Shown: piece by piece, positions 1 through 11,314 of the stretch
Layout of the letters: each line of letters opens with the position of its first letter
Numbering within the stretch: the first letter of the stretch is position 1
Origin: Candidatus Edwardsbacteria bacterium RifOxyA12_full_54_48
GTDB lineage: Bacteria > Edwardsbacteria > AC1 > EtOH8
Direction of reading: 5' to 3'
Length of the DNA: 64,000 nt
Assembly: GCA_001777915.1 (NCBI GenBank)
Contig: MFFN01000004.1
Location: forward strand, 617,744-681,743
Translations under genes and position numbers: made by a program
The notes under the pieces: model-generated
The model's database searches: none
What the model saw: the letters and a program-made list of their open reading frames with translations, nothing else
What the model was told of the DNA's origin: nothing

Positions 1-3000
1 AGCAAACTTAGATGGGATCGCGCAGGTTTCCTGACCATCATGTCACCCCTGGTCCTGCATGACACCCTGTATCTGGTGCAGGGCGTGGTGGACAATTCCG
101 CCAACCTAAGCCTGCGCACCGGCTCCACCATCGTCCGCAATTCCGGGAGCCTGTTGATGCCTCCGGTGCTGCAGAGCGACATCAACCTGGTCTATGGGCC
201 GCACGGAGGCGGGACCCTGGCCGCCGGCAACGAGCTGCCGGGCGGGGCCTCCGATCTTTATCATTTGGCCGTCGGCTTAAACTCCCAGCCCAACGACACC
301 ATACTCCTGTCTTCCGACGCCCAGGTCAACGGACGATTGAGTATTTATGAAGGGGCCCTCAATATAGGCGGCAACGCCCTGACGCTGCTGGATAGCATCG
401 ATCTGTTCGCCGGCAGCCTGTCGGCCGACAGCACATCGACCCTGATGGTCCTCAACAATCCCTATATGTTCCGGCTGCCGCCGAACATAAAAAACCTGGA
501 CAGCCTGGTGCTGGCCAGCTTTCCGGGGCTGGAGCTGGCCGACACGGTCCGTATCCGCTCCGGCTACCGGCAGACCACCGGCAGGATCGCCACCGGACAA
601 TTGGCCTACGGCCCGGCCGCCGCTTTGATCTATGACAATCTCGGGGCCGACACCACCTCCAATTTCGAGTTCCCGGTCATCGGCGGACCCCGTGACCTGA
701 CAGTTGCCGCCGTGGCGCTTCAGCTACATGCCGACAGGACGATCAAAGGGAGCCTGAACCTGGACGGCGTTCTGAACACCGGCGCCAACACCATCACCCT
801 AGACACCCTGGGGAATTTGTGGCTGTTATCCGGTTACGTGGACGGCAAGCTGTCCAAACTCATCCCCGTTTCGGCTGACACCACCATCTACTACGAGCTG
901 GGCACCGCCTCCGGGGGGTACAGCGAAGCCGGCATCCAGGTGTTCAACAACACCGTGCCGGCCTTCGTCACCACCGGGATCAAGGGAGCGGGACACCCGC
1001 TGGTCAACGATTCCAGCGCCTGCCTCAGGAAGACCTGGTCCTTCTCCGGGGCCGGACTGGCGGCCGACGCCAGCCTGATCACCCTGAACTACCTGCCGTC
1101 GGATTTCAACAGCGGATTCTCCGAGGCGGCCGACGAATCCACCATGGTGGCCGGGCGCTACGACAACGGGGCCACCCCGGGCTGGCAGTTCCCGAACATC
1201 GCCGTCCGCAACATCTACGGCAATGCCGACGGCGGATCGATAGTCCTAAGCCAGGCCGGCAATTTCACCGACAATCCAGAGTTCACCCTGGGGCGCGATA
1301 CAATGTCGATCTTCAACCCGGCGGCCGATACCACCCTGCCCTACATCGCGTCTAACCTGCCGCTGGACTGGGCATCGACGGTGGGTCTCTCGGACAGCGT
1401 GCGGATCACCTTCTCCGAGCCGGTCCGGAAATCCGGGGTCAGCTACAGCTTCGTGCCGGCTCCCGGCCTGGTGGATACGGCCTGGAGCGCGGACTCCACC
1501 ACAATAGTATTCAATCACAGTCCGTTTTCCGAATTAACCTCCTACACCGTCAGGGTGCTGGGGGTGCAGGATACGGCCGGCAACTCTCTGACCGGGCGGG
1601 ATAGCATCGGGTTCATGACCGCAGCGGCGTCGGACACCATCGGGCCGTACCTCAGCTTCGTCCAGCCCTTCAACGGTCAGACCGGGGTGATGCTGGACCA
1701 GCCGATCATGATCGGCTTCTCCGAGCCGGTGGACAGTTTTTCCCTGCGCTTCACCTGCACCCCCAACCCCGGCGGCTGGGTGCAGAACTGGGATTCGACC
1801 GGATATAATGTCTTCCTGATGCACAACAACTTCCTTCCGGGCGCCAGTTATTCCTTCCGGGTGGATTCGGTCAGCGACATCAACAGCAACCAATTGCGGA
1901 CCGACACCACTACCGTGCCCAACCCCTGGACCTTCACCGCCCAGCCCTACGAGACCCTCAGCGTGGCCTGGACCGGAGGGGCCTACAAACTGTTCTCGGT
2001 CCCGGTCAAGCCGGGGACCAATGCCGCCCTGACCAATCTGAGCGACGATCTGGGAGCCTACAGCGACAGCACCTGGCTGATGTTCGGATATGATGCCGCC
2101 GCAAATTCGTTCCCGGCCCGTCCGGACATCTACAACGGCTACGGCTACTGGCTGGCCTCGGCCAACAACGCCACCATCGATATCCAGGGCCTGCAGCAGG
2201 ACAATTACTCAAACGTCGGACTGCAGCCCGGCTGGAACCTGATCGGCTGTCCGTTCGAGGACCCGGTGCTGGTCCAGTCCATCGAGGTCATCGACACCCT
2301 GCAGCAGATGCGGACCTACAACGATACCACCAATAATATGTTCCTGAACGACAGCCTGGTCCGGCAGAGGATGTGGAGCTATTCCGACCACAGTTACGAT
2401 TTCGTCAACAACGGGGCCTGGGACAGCCTGTCGGCCTTCGACAGCGCCAGCCACCTGCAGCCCTGGCAGGGCTATGCGGTGTATGCTTTGCAGCCCTGCT
2501 CGCTGTTCATGATGCCGGCCTTCAAATCATCCGCCAAGGGGGTCCGCCTGGTGGCCTCCCCCAAGGTCGAGGTAAGCTGGCAGGCGGAATTCTCGGCAAG
2601 CAGCGGCCAGGCCGCCGACCGGGGCATCAGGATCGGGATCTCGCCCCAGGCTAAGGCCGGCTACGACCGGCTGGACGCCGAAAAACCGCCGCTGGTCAGC
2701 AGCGACGTTATGGCCTACATCCCGCATGACGACTGGAACCAGGGTCCCTGCCGGTCATACCAATACGACTTCCGCCCCGGTTCCGACCACGTCGAATGGC
2801 CGCTGACGGTCAGGACCTCCTCGGACGACCGGCCGGCGGAGCTGGCCTACAACCTGTCCCAAACAATTCCCGATGGTTACCAGCTTTACCTGGTGGACCG
2901 CAGGACCGGCAAGGCCACGGTGATAAGCGGAAGCGGAAAGATGGGATTCTCCGGCAGCCGGGAGTTCGCCGTCATCTACACCAACCGGAGCCTGGGCGGT

Positions 3001-3294
3001 CTGGACCTGAAACCCCTGAGCTTTGACCTCAACCAGACCTATCCCAACCCCTTCGCCCAGAGCATCACCGTCAACTACCAGCTGGTGGCCGCCGGGCAGG
3101 TCAGCCTGAAGGTCTACAATGTGGCCGGACAGCTGGTCAGGACCCTGACCGAGGGAACCGCCCTGCCGGGCTATTACAGCCAGACCTGGAACGGCCGGGA
3201 CAACGGCGGCCGGAAGATAGCTTCGGGCGTCTATATCATGCGCCTGGCGTCGGGCGGCCAGGAGCGGACCCGTAAATTAGTGAAGATCAAATAA
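1..3294 (+). CDS. Large secreted protein with Ig-like (SbsA/Big-type) repeats and a C-terminal T9SS (Por) sorting domain. 5'-partial: the reading frame is open to the window edge and the first Met at 40 has no signal peptide after it.
   Basis: The C-terminal ~80 aa (YPNPFAQSITVNYQL...LKVYNVAGQLV...YSQTWNGRDNGG...ASGVYIMRLASGGQERTRKLVKIK) match the T9SS type-A sorting-domain pattern. The middle has repeated 'SxVxITFSEPV' Ig-like modules. There is no stop codon upstream of the Met at 40. Confidence 0.7.
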   Translation, partial: SKLRWDRAGFLTIMSPLVLHDTLYLVQGVVDNSANLSLRTGSTIVRNSGSLLMPPVLQSDINLVYGPHGGGTLAAGNELPGGASDLYHLAVGLNSQPNDTILLSSDAQVNGRLSIYEGALNIGGNALTLLDSIDLFAGSLSADSTSTLMVLNNPYMFRLPPNIKNLDSLVLASFPGLELADTVRIRSGYRQTTGRIATGQLAYGPAAALIYDNLGADTTSNFEFPVIGGPRDLTVAAVALQLHADRTIKGSLNLDGVLNTGANTITLDTLGNLWLLSGYVDGKLSKLIPVSADTTIYYELGTASGGYSEAGIQVFNNTVPAFVTTGIKGAGHPLVNDSSACLRKTWSFSGAGLAADASLITLNYLPSDFNSGFSEAADESTMVAGRYDNGATPGWQFPNIAVRNIYGNADGGSIVLSQAGNFTDNPEFTLGRDTMSIFNPAADTTLPYIASNLPLDWASTVGLSDSVRITFSEPVRKSGVSYSFVPAPGLVDTAWSADSTTIVFNHSPFSELTSYTVRVLGVQDTAGNSLTGRDSIGFMTAAASDTIGPYLSFVQPFNGQTGVMLDQPIMIGFSEPVDSFSLRFTCTPNPGGWVQNWDSTGYNVFLMHNNFLPGASYSFRVDSVSDINSNQLRTDTTTVPNPWTFTAQPYETLSVAWTGGAYKLFSVPVKPGTNAALTNLSDDLGAYSDSTWLMFGYDAAANSFPARPDIYNGYGYWLASANNATIDIQGLQQDNYSNVGLQPGWNLIGCPFEDPVLVQSIEVIDTLQQMRTYNDTTNNMFLNDSLVRQRMWSYSDHSYDFVNNGAWDSLSAFDSASHLQPWQGYAVYALQPCSLFMMPAFKSSAKGVRLVASPKVEVSWQAEFSASSGQAADRGIRIGISPQAKAGYDRLDAEKPPLVSSDVMAYIPHDDWNQGPCRSYQYDFRPGSDHVEWPLTVRTSSDDRPAELAYNLSQTIPDGYQLYLVDRRTGKATVISGSGKMGFSGSREFAVIYTNRSLGGLDLKPLSFDLNQTYPNPFAQSITVNYQLVAAGQVSLKVYNVAGQLVRTLTEGTALPGYYSQTWNGRDNGGRKIASGVYIMRLASGGQERTRKLVKIK

Positions 3295-3305
3295 GGAGAT
3301 ATAAA

Positions 3306-4121
3306 ATGAAAAAGATCGTCTCGATTTTAACCGCGGCCATAATGCTGATGGCCCTCCAGCCGGCCCGGGCCGAATTCAAGCCGTCCCAGGCCAGGATCAC
3401 CTTCATCAAGGGAAAGGTGGAGGTGCAGCGCCAGGGCAGCCAGACACCGGTCCCGGCCATGATGAAGATGACGGTATATCCCGGGGACATGATCTCCACC
3501 GATGACGGGTCCGAGGCCGAATTGAAGCTGTCGGACGGCAGCATCCTCAAGCTGAAGGACCAGGGACGGCTGGAGATCGAGAGAATGGAGAGGCAGAAGA
3601 AGCCCCTGACCACCATAAATTCCTTCCGGCTGGCAGCCGGCAAGATCCTGGGCTCCATCCGCAAGCTGTCCTCCCAGGAATCAAAGTTCACGGTGACCAC
3701 ACCGACGGCGGTGGCCGGCATCCGGGGGACGGTGTTCGGGGTGTTCGTGGAGGGGGACTCCACCGAGCTGAACGTGCTGAAGGGTGAGGTGGCCATCCAA
3801 GGCGACGCCGGGGGCGAGGTGCTGGTGAAGGACAAGATGATGCTCACGGTGGCCAAGGGGGACTCGGCCCACAACCCGGTGGTGATGACGGCGGCCAAGC
3901 TGGCGTTCATGACCATGTGGGCCGGAGCGGCCCTCAAGATAGGGTCGATGGGCAGCGCGGCGGCCACGGCCTGGTACGCCACCACGCCGGCCATCATCGG
4001 AGGTGCGGCGGCGGTGGTGGCCACCTCGGCGGTGGTGATCATCGCCAGCCAGAACGACGAGACCCCGGCCCCGGAGCCGGGCGCCCAGACCATCCCCGCC
4101 CCGCCGGGCTGGCCGCAATAA
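3306..4121 (+). CDS. FecR-like domain protein with signal peptide and Ala/Gly-rich C-terminal tail
   Basis: N-terminal signal peptide (MKKIVSILTAAIMLMALQPARA). The 'ITFIKGKVEVQRQG...DGSILKLKDQGRLEI...TTPTAVAGIRGTVFGV' stretch looks like a FecR/anti-sigma sensor fold. The C-terminus is a low-complexity Ala-rich run ending PAPPGWPQ. Confidence 0.45.
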   Translation: MKKIVSILTAAIMLMALQPARAEFKPSQARITFIKGKVEVQRQGSQTPVPAMMKMTVYPGDMISTDDGSEAELKLSDGSILKLKDQGRLEIERMERQKKPLTTINSFRLAAGKILGSIRKLSSQESKFTVTTPTAVAGIRGTVFGVFVEGDSTELNVLKGEVAIQGDAGGEVLVKDKMMLTVAKGDSAHNPVVMTAAKLAFMTMWAGAALKIGSMGSAAATAWYATTPAIIGGAAAVVATSAVVIIASQNDETPAPEPGAQTIPAPPGWPQ

Positions 4122-4256
4122 ACCAACCTAACAGAACCCCGTGGGCTGTGTCCGCCTGTCTTAACAGGTCAGATGATCCGGACAGGTTTGCGGGGTTTCA
4201 TTTTAAGACTGGCAAACAAAGGTCTTTTCTGTCATATAAAGAGGAAAAAGGGTTTT

Positions 4257-4994
4257 ATGAAGTGGGTGGTTTTGTTTCTTTTTGGGGGCTTGGGGCTGGC
4301 TTCCCTGACCGCCGGCCTGGTGTGGGGGGCCAAGAGGGCGGCCCTTTTCCGAACCGGATTGATCGCTCAGGGCAGGGTGGTGGCGATGCACCAGGGCGAG
4401 GTGGTCGACGACGAGGAAAGCCCCCGTCCATCCTATTATCCGATGGTGGAGTTCCGGACCCCGGATGGCCGGAGTTTCCAATTCAAGGGCAGCACCGGCA
4501 GTTCCAGCCCGGAGTTCACGATCGGGGCCGAGGTGGAGGTCAGATACAATCCCCAAAAACCCCAACAGGCCCAGTTGGCCAAGTTCTCCCATTTTTGGCT
4601 GGGGCCGCTGCTGCTGACCATCGGGGGACTATTGGCCCTGTTCCTGGCCTCGGGGGTGTTCTACATCTTCGGCGACATCGAGGGCGGGAAGAGCCCGGCC
4701 GGCCGGAGCATCAGAGCCCGGATGCTGGAGGCCAGCGGCAAGGCGGTCAGGATCGAGGGCCGGATCACCGGGGTCCGGGAAAGGGGCCGGGGCCGCTACG
4801 TATTCATCTGCCGGGGGGCCAGGCCGGGGTCAGATCGGGAGGAGGACTTCGAGTCGGAGGAGTTCGGGGTGAAGCCGGAGGGCGAACTGATCGGCCGGAG
4901 CGTGATTATCCTCATCAATCCCGACAAGAAGGATGAATACAGCGTCGAGCTGGGGCCGCTGCTCAAGGAGGTTGTGGAGAACCAATCCAGGTGA
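4257..4994 (+). CDS. DUF3592-like membrane protein
   Basis: TM helix, then a beta-rich segment (GRVVAMHQGEVVDDEE...YYPMVEFRTPDG), then a second TM helix, which is the DUF3592 architecture. Start moved to the internal Met (MKWVVLFLF), which follows an AT-rich spacer. Confidence 0.4.
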   Translation: MKWVVLFLFGGLGLASLTAGLVWGAKRAALFRTGLIAQGRVVAMHQGEVVDDEESPRPSYYPMVEFRTPDGRSFQFKGSTGSSSPEFTIGAEVEVRYNPQKPQQAQLAKFSHFWLGPLLLTIGGLLALFLASGVFYIFGDIEGGKSPAGRSIRARMLEASGKAVRIEGRITGVRERGRGRYVFICRGARPGSDREEDFESEEFGVKPEGELIGRSVIILINPDKKDEYSVELGPLLKEVVENQSR

Positions 4995-5044
4995 CCAAGC
5001 GGTGATTCGATCGGAATCGATCAGTAATTTCTAAAAAATTCAAA

Positions 5045-5851
5045 ATGAAAATAATATTGCCCCCGGCATTTTTCATAGCCCTTCTGGCAGGGGTTTTAAC
5101 GGCGGCTTTTCCGGGGTGCGCCCCCACCGTGTCCATAAAATACGACATCCACCGCAACCTGCCGATCATAGCGGACAACAGCCGCCCCGGGAAAACCTTT
5201 CAGGCCGGGGTGTTCCACGATTTCAGCAGCCGGGACACGGTCGAGATAGACTACTTCTACACCAGTCAGGTCAATCAGACCTTTTCGGCCTGGAACCAGT
5301 CTAACAGCCTATTGTACCTGTCCTATTCGCCCGTCGGGTCTTTTTCGGTCACAGGGATGATGGACGATGTGGGACCCGCCGCCGAACTGGTCTTCCGGCC
5401 AAAGATGGACGATCCCTGTCTGGCCCTGAGCGCCGCGGGATGGAAGAGTGATAAAGCTCTGTACTTCCGGGGCACGGCCGCGGGATCGCACCGCCCCTTC
5501 AGAAAGGATACTTCTGAAGTTGATGACGGCTTAAGCGGCCTCGGATTCTTCGGAAACCTGAGCTGGGCCCAGTATCCGGTCAGCATAGAATTCGACCAGA
5601 CCTATTACGATACTTTGGGAACCGAGTATTCCTGGCGGCTGGCCGGCGAGGAGAAAGGTTCGGCCCTCATTGCCGGGGCCGGCCTGGAGGCGGACCTGGG
5701 CTGGATCAAGGCCCAGCTGGGGATATCCCATTCATTCGCCATGAAGGAGCGGGGGGTGCGGGTGGACCTGGGCAGCCAGCCGGCCTACCTGACGGATGTC
5801 CGTCCGGCTCCGGTGACAAGGTTTCTGGCCGGGGTGATAGTGGGATTTTGA
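5045..5851 (+). CDS. Hypothetical secreted/outer-membrane protein
   Basis: Signal peptide with a lipobox-like 'FPGCAPT'. Aromatic-rich alternating pattern. No recognisable catalytic motif. Confidence 0.35.
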   Translation: MKIILPPAFFIALLAGVLTAAFPGCAPTVSIKYDIHRNLPIIADNSRPGKTFQAGVFHDFSSRDTVEIDYFYTSQVNQTFSAWNQSNSLLYLSYSPVGSFSVTGMMDDVGPAAELVFRPKMDDPCLALSAAGWKSDKALYFRGTAAGSHRPFRKDTSEVDDGLSGLGFFGNLSWAQYPVSIEFDQTYYDTLGTEYSWRLAGEEKGSALIAGAGLEADLGWIKAQLGISHSFAMKERGVRVDLGSQPAYLTDVRPAPVTRFLAGVIVGF

Positions 5852-5868
5852 AATATTTGCCAATAGGA

Positions 5869-5900
5869 TTATGTCGTAAACCGGGGCGATCCGATATCGC
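5869..5900 (+). terminator. Rho-independent terminator (ccggggcgat-N5-atcgccccgg + T-rich tail)
   Basis: 10-bp perfect inverted repeat followed by tcttatttat. Confidence 0.45.
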
Positions 5901-6067
5901 CCCGGTCTTATTTATCCTTGATTTTAAAGGGGGTAAAGAGTTATAATAAATGTTCAAATCAACATGGATTCCCGATTCCTCGGGAATGACAATCGACATT
6001 TTTATATATGATCCGCGAAAATCCGTGGCCAATTAATTTAAGCAACAATAATTGCGAGGGAATTCAA

Positions 6068-7759
<1,692 letters not shown>

Positions 7760-7794
7760 CATATAATTGAAGGCATAATAAAGCAATACTCAAA

Positions 7795-7824
7795 GGGCGG
7801 CCGGCATGCCGCCCTTTCTTTTTC
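7795..7824 (+). terminator. Rho-independent terminator after glyQS
   Basis: gggcggc-cggcat-gccgccc stem-loop followed by tttcttttt. Confidence 0.5.
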
Positions 7825-7860
7825 AAGGCCTTGGCCCGCAAATTCTAAGGGAATTTATTG

Positions 7861-7890
7861 TTGACATTATCCATTAAGTTATGATATGAT
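7861..7890 (+). promoter_or_regulatory. Sigma70-like promoter (TTGACA-N18-TATGAT) upstream of the Crp-family gene
   Basis: ttgacattatccattaagttatgatatgat read directly from the sequence. Confidence 0.35.
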
Positions 7891-7923
7891 ATTTTGTTAA
7901 GTATGTTTTAAAAGGAGAATATA

Positions 7924-8568
7924 ATGGCCGAAGCTCAAGGGGCTTTCGAAAAGAACCTGGCCGCCGGGGAGGTCCTCTTTAAGGAGGGGGACAAAGGCGA
8001 GGAGATGTATCTGATAAAATCCGGCAAGGTGGAGATATCCAACAACGCCGGGGGGGTCAAAAAGGTCTTGGCCGAGTTGTCCGAGGGCTCATTCCTGGGC
8101 GAGATGGCCATCGTGGATGATGCCCCGCGCTCGGCTGCGGCCATAGCCCTAAGCGAGGTCTCACTGCTGATACTGGACCGGGCGGCCTTCAAGGCCCAGC
8201 TGCAGGAGAACCCCATGGTGGAATACCTGATCTCCAGCCTGGTCAAGCGCCTGCGGGAGACCAACGAACAGGTGAAGATACTGCTGCAGAAGGACGATGT
8301 CTGCCGGGTGGCGGCCTCGCTGCTGGCCATGGGCCGGGAGAAGGGCGCTCCGGACGGATCGGGAGTTTTCATCAAGGGCAGTTACACCCCGGAGGGACTG
8401 GCCAAGCAGGTGGGGGTCAGCATCCCCAAGGCCAAGGATATCCTGGAGAAGATGCAGGCCTCGTCGCTGATAGCCTTCTCTCCCGAGGGGATCAAGATCC
8501 CCTCCATGCCGGACCTGGAGGAATACTGGCGCTACGCCACCCTCAAGGAGAAGTTCAAGGAGATCTAG
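7924..8568 (+). CDS. Crp/Fnr-family transcriptional regulator (cNMP-binding domain + C-terminal HTH)
   Basis: The 'GEVLFKEGDKGEEMYLIKSGKVEI...GSFLGEMAIVDDAPRSAAAIA' stretch is a cyclic-nucleotide-binding fold. The C-terminal 'TPEGLAKQVGVSIPKAKDILEKM' is HTH-like. Confidence 0.7.
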   Translation: MAEAQGAFEKNLAAGEVLFKEGDKGEEMYLIKSGKVEISNNAGGVKKVLAELSEGSFLGEMAIVDDAPRSAAAIALSEVSLLILDRAAFKAQLQENPMVEYLISSLVKRLRETNEQVKILLQKDDVCRVAASLLAMGREKGAPDGSGVFIKGSYTPEGLAKQVGVSIPKAKDILEKMQASSLIAFSPEGIKIPSMPDLEEYWRYATLKEKFKEI

Positions 8569-8569
8569 T

Positions 8570-8960
8570 ACCGGCCACAGAGATTTTTTATATTGTAGGG
8601 GCGAAAGGTCTTTCGCCCGGACCTCATTACCAGGCAATACAGTCATTCCCGTGCCGACGGGAATCCATGGGACCAGCCCCTTTTTAACCACCAAGACACC
8701 AAGGCACAGAGATTTTTGTCACCCTGAGTTTTCCTTCTGTCTGGCAGGATGAGTGCCTTCGCCGTAGCTGCGGCACTCGAGGTAGCCAATTATAAAAGCG
8801 AAGGCGAAATGGGTGACGATAACGCCATTTCAACCACAGAGGGCACAAAGAAAACATTATCGTAGGGCGGATCGCGATCCGCCCAGGTTCTCCGCCTGCC
8901 AAGGCAGGTCATTCCGGTGCAGACGGGAATCCAGGGCCAACATTTTTATAATTTCAATAA
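8570..8960. repeat. Intergenic tract with three or more copies of the dispersed mosaic repeat family, minus orientation relative to the 57.6-59 kb copies
   Basis: Hairpins 'gtcattcccgtgccgacgggaatcca' and 'gtcattccggtgcagacgggaatcca'. 'ttaaccaccaagacaccaaggcacagagattttt' is the reverse complement of 'aaagtctttgtgccttagtgtcttggtggttaa' at 57.99 kb. Also a strong hairpin gggcgaaag-gt-ctttcgccc. Confidence 0.7.
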
Positions 8961-8975
8961 TCAGATAGAGCGAAG

Positions 8976-9944
8976 ATGCGATTTCCCAAGGGCAGGTCAA
9001 GCCTCCAGAACGCCAAACTTGAATTCGTCCACCTGGACAACATTTTGGCCGACAATAAAAAAGAGCGGGCCAGCAAGATCTCCGGATACCTGGAGATCAT
9101 CTATCCCGACATGGTCCAGCTGCTGTATCTCAAGAAGGGCGAGCCGGTGAACGCCGGGCATTTCTCCCGCACCGAACGCAAGCAGATCTCCATCTCCGAG
9201 GTGATAGATAAGGCCAAAAAATCCACCACCGGCACGGTCTCCATCTACGAGACGCCGGAGGAGCTGGTGGACATGATGCTGGCCGTCTTCAGCGTCAAGC
9301 CGGTTTTCAAGAACCTGGACCTGTCCAATGTGGAACCGGAAAAGTTGTTCGAGAAGCTGACCTCGGTCAAGTTCGACGGCTTTATGGAGATCCGGCGGGG
9401 GGTGGATATCTCCTACGTCCGATTCAAGGAGGGGGCGCCGGTCTCCGGCTATTTCACCTGGAAGGTGGAGGGCATTACCCCCGACCTGCTGAAGGCGGCC
9501 CTCAAGGCTGCGGCCACCGCCCCCGGGGCGGTGATCGTGGACGCCTATGACAAACTGCCGGTGCTGGCCGAGCATGCCAGCCCCGCCCAGATAGAGCTGT
9601 TCGTCAAGGCCATGAACAAGCTGATGGCCGAAATGCGCAACATCGCCGGCCCCACCCTGGTCAGCAAGACCATCGCCTCCTCGAAGGAAGCGGCCTCGGT
9701 GCACTATCCCTTCCTCAAGGACTTCGATTCCGGAGACGAGATCAAGGGCGAGGGCAAGATCGTGACCACCTCCGAGGAGCTGGGCAAGGGATTTGCCGAA
9801 TGGATGGATAATTTCGTCGACTCCTTCCGGATAGTGCTGGGCAAGCGCCTGGACGGGATAGTGCAGAACGCCCTGAAGGATTTCCGCTTCGCCCTCAAGG
9901 CCTCCAGCTTCGGACGGTACTCCAAGCTCAAGGATCTGCTCTAA
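8976..9944 (+). CDS. Hypothetical protein with two DUF4388-like repeats
   Basis: Two repeats of a 'G.L(E/M)I...(P)D..QLL...K.G.PV.(A)G(H/Y)F' pattern (GYLEIIYPDMVQLLYLKKGEPVNAGHF and DGFMEIRRGVDISYVRFKEGAPVSGYF) resembling DUF4388. No catalytic motif. Confidence 0.3.
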   Translation: MRFPKGRSSLQNAKLEFVHLDNILADNKKERASKISGYLEIIYPDMVQLLYLKKGEPVNAGHFSRTERKQISISEVIDKAKKSTTGTVSIYETPEELVDMMLAVFSVKPVFKNLDLSNVEPEKLFEKLTSVKFDGFMEIRRGVDISYVRFKEGAPVSGYFTWKVEGITPDLLKAALKAAATAPGAVIVDAYDKLPVLAEHASPAQIELFVKAMNKLMAEMRNIAGPTLVSKTIASSKEAASVHYPFLKDFDSGDEIKGEGKIVTTSEELGKGFAEWMDNFVDSFRIVLGKRLDGIVQNALKDFRFALKASSFGRYSKLKDLL

Positions 9945-9959
9945 ACCAACGTTCAAAGA

Positions 9960-10643
9960 GTGATTCAGATGCCGGGAATATTATATTTAGTGGCCACGCC
10001 CATCGGCAACCTGGAGGACATCACCCTGAGGGCGCTGAAGGTCCTCCAGGAGGTTCAGTTGATCGCCGCCGAGGATACCCGGCACACCGGCCTGCTGCTG
10101 AAACACTACGGGATAAGCACCCCGTTAAGTTCTTTCTACTCTTACAACCAGAAGGGAAAAGCCCCGGAGCTGATCCGCCGGATGCAGGAAGGGGCCAATA
10201 TGGCCCTGGTGTCCGACGCCGGGACCCCCGGCATCTCCGATCCGGCGGTGGCCCTGGTGGCCCAGGCGGTGGCGGCCGGCATCAAGGTGGTCCCCATCCC
10301 CGGGCCGACCGCCCTGATCTCCGCCCTGATCGCCTCCGGCCTGGACACCAGCCAGTTCGTCTTCACCGGATTCCTTCCGGTCAAGCCGGGCCGCCGGGCT
10401 AAGGTCCTGGGGCAGCTGGAGCGGGAATCCCGGACCATCGTGATCTACGAATCCCCCCACCGCATCAGCCGCACTTTGCAGGAACTGGCTGATGTTTTTA
10501 AATCCCGCCCGGCGGCGGTCTGCCGGGAGATCACCAAAATGTTCGAGGAATTCGAACGGGGCCCGCTGCCCGAGCTGGCGGAAAAGTATCGAACCAAGAA
10601 GCCCAAGGGCGAATTTGTAATCGTTATTGCCGGAAAGGAATAG
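9960..10643 (+). CDS. rsmI: 16S rRNA (cytidine1402-2'-O)-methyltransferase
   Basis: '[44 protein letters not shown]' and 'IYESPHRI' are RsmI (tetrapyrrole-methylase fold) signatures. Confidence 0.85.
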   Translation: MIQMPGILYLVATPIGNLEDITLRALKVLQEVQLIAAEDTRHTGLLLKHYGISTPLSSFYSYNQKGKAPELIRRMQEGANMALVSDAGTPGISDPAVALVAQAVAAGIKVVPIPGPTALISALIASGLDTSQFVFTGFLPVKPGRRAKVLGQLERESRTIVIYESPHRISRTLQELADVFKSRPAAVCREITKMFEEFERGPLPELAEKYRTKKPKGEFVIVIAGKE

Positions 10644-11255
10644 ATGTTTCCCAATTGGCTGAAGACCGGATTTGTCAACCTGTTCAATCCGGTGATAAAT
10701 TTCTTCATCTGGACCAGGGTCAAGCCCAACTGGCTGACCACCGCCGGATTTCTGTTCGGCCTGGGCTCCGGCCTGCTGTTCGCCACCGGCCATTTCTTCT
10801 GGGGCGGCCTGGTGGCCCTGCTGTCGGCCATCTGCGACGCCATCGACGGCTCGCTGGCCCGCCGCTCGGGCCGCAGCACCAAGTTCGGCATGTTCTACGA
10901 CTCGGTGCTGGACCGCTACTCGGAGCTGGCCATGTTCATCGGGCTGTCCTATTACTATGCCGGCAGCGAGATGTGGCGGCTGGTCATCCTGACCGACCTG
11001 GCGCTGGCCGGCTCGTTGATGGTCAGCTACGCCCGGGCCAGGGCCGAGGGGCTGGGCGAGGACTGCAAGGTGGGCATCATGGAGCGGCCGGAACGGATAG
11101 CGGTGATCATCACCGCCTCGGTGTTCACCGGGATCTTCGACCAGCACTGGATATTCGAGATCGCCCTGTGGGTGCTGGCGGTATTCACCAACGTCACCGC
11201 GCTGCAGAGGATCCTGCATATCCGCCAGAAGACCAAGGGGCAGGGGATTCCCTGA
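10644..11255 (+). CDS. CDP-alcohol phosphatidyltransferase family protein, likely a phosphatidylinositol-phosphate / inositol-phosphotransferase class
   Basis: The '[30 protein letters not shown]' stretch matches the CDP-OH phosphotransferase D(x)2DG(x)2AR...G(x)3D(x)3D motif. Multiple TM helices. Immediately upstream of inositol-1-phosphate synthase. Confidence 0.75.
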   Translation: MFPNWLKTGFVNLFNPVINFFIWTRVKPNWLTTAGFLFGLGSGLLFATGHFFWGGLVALLSAICDAIDGSLARRSGRSTKFGMFYDSVLDRYSELAMFIGLSYYYAGSEMWRLVILTDLALAGSLMVSYARARAEGLGEDCKVGIMERPERIAVIITASVFTGIFDQHWIFEIALWVLAVFTNVTALQRILHIRQKTKGQGIP

Positions 11256-11314
11256 ATAAGAGACAAGAAAACACCATCAGAAAAATAAAAATTCAGTTTT
11301 TAGGAAGGGACCAC

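Noticed and set aside
3287-4126. Long antisense ORFs in GC-rich genes (e.g. 3287..4126 -, 6038..7129 -, 10125..11219 -, 11300..12325 -, 17801..18424 -, 59862..61067 -, 48902..49459 -)
   Set aside because: They overlap well-supported + strand genes. They encode low-complexity Pro/Arg/Gly/Ala-rich peptides with no motifs. This is the expected artefact of >60% GC, where stop codons are rare in all frames.
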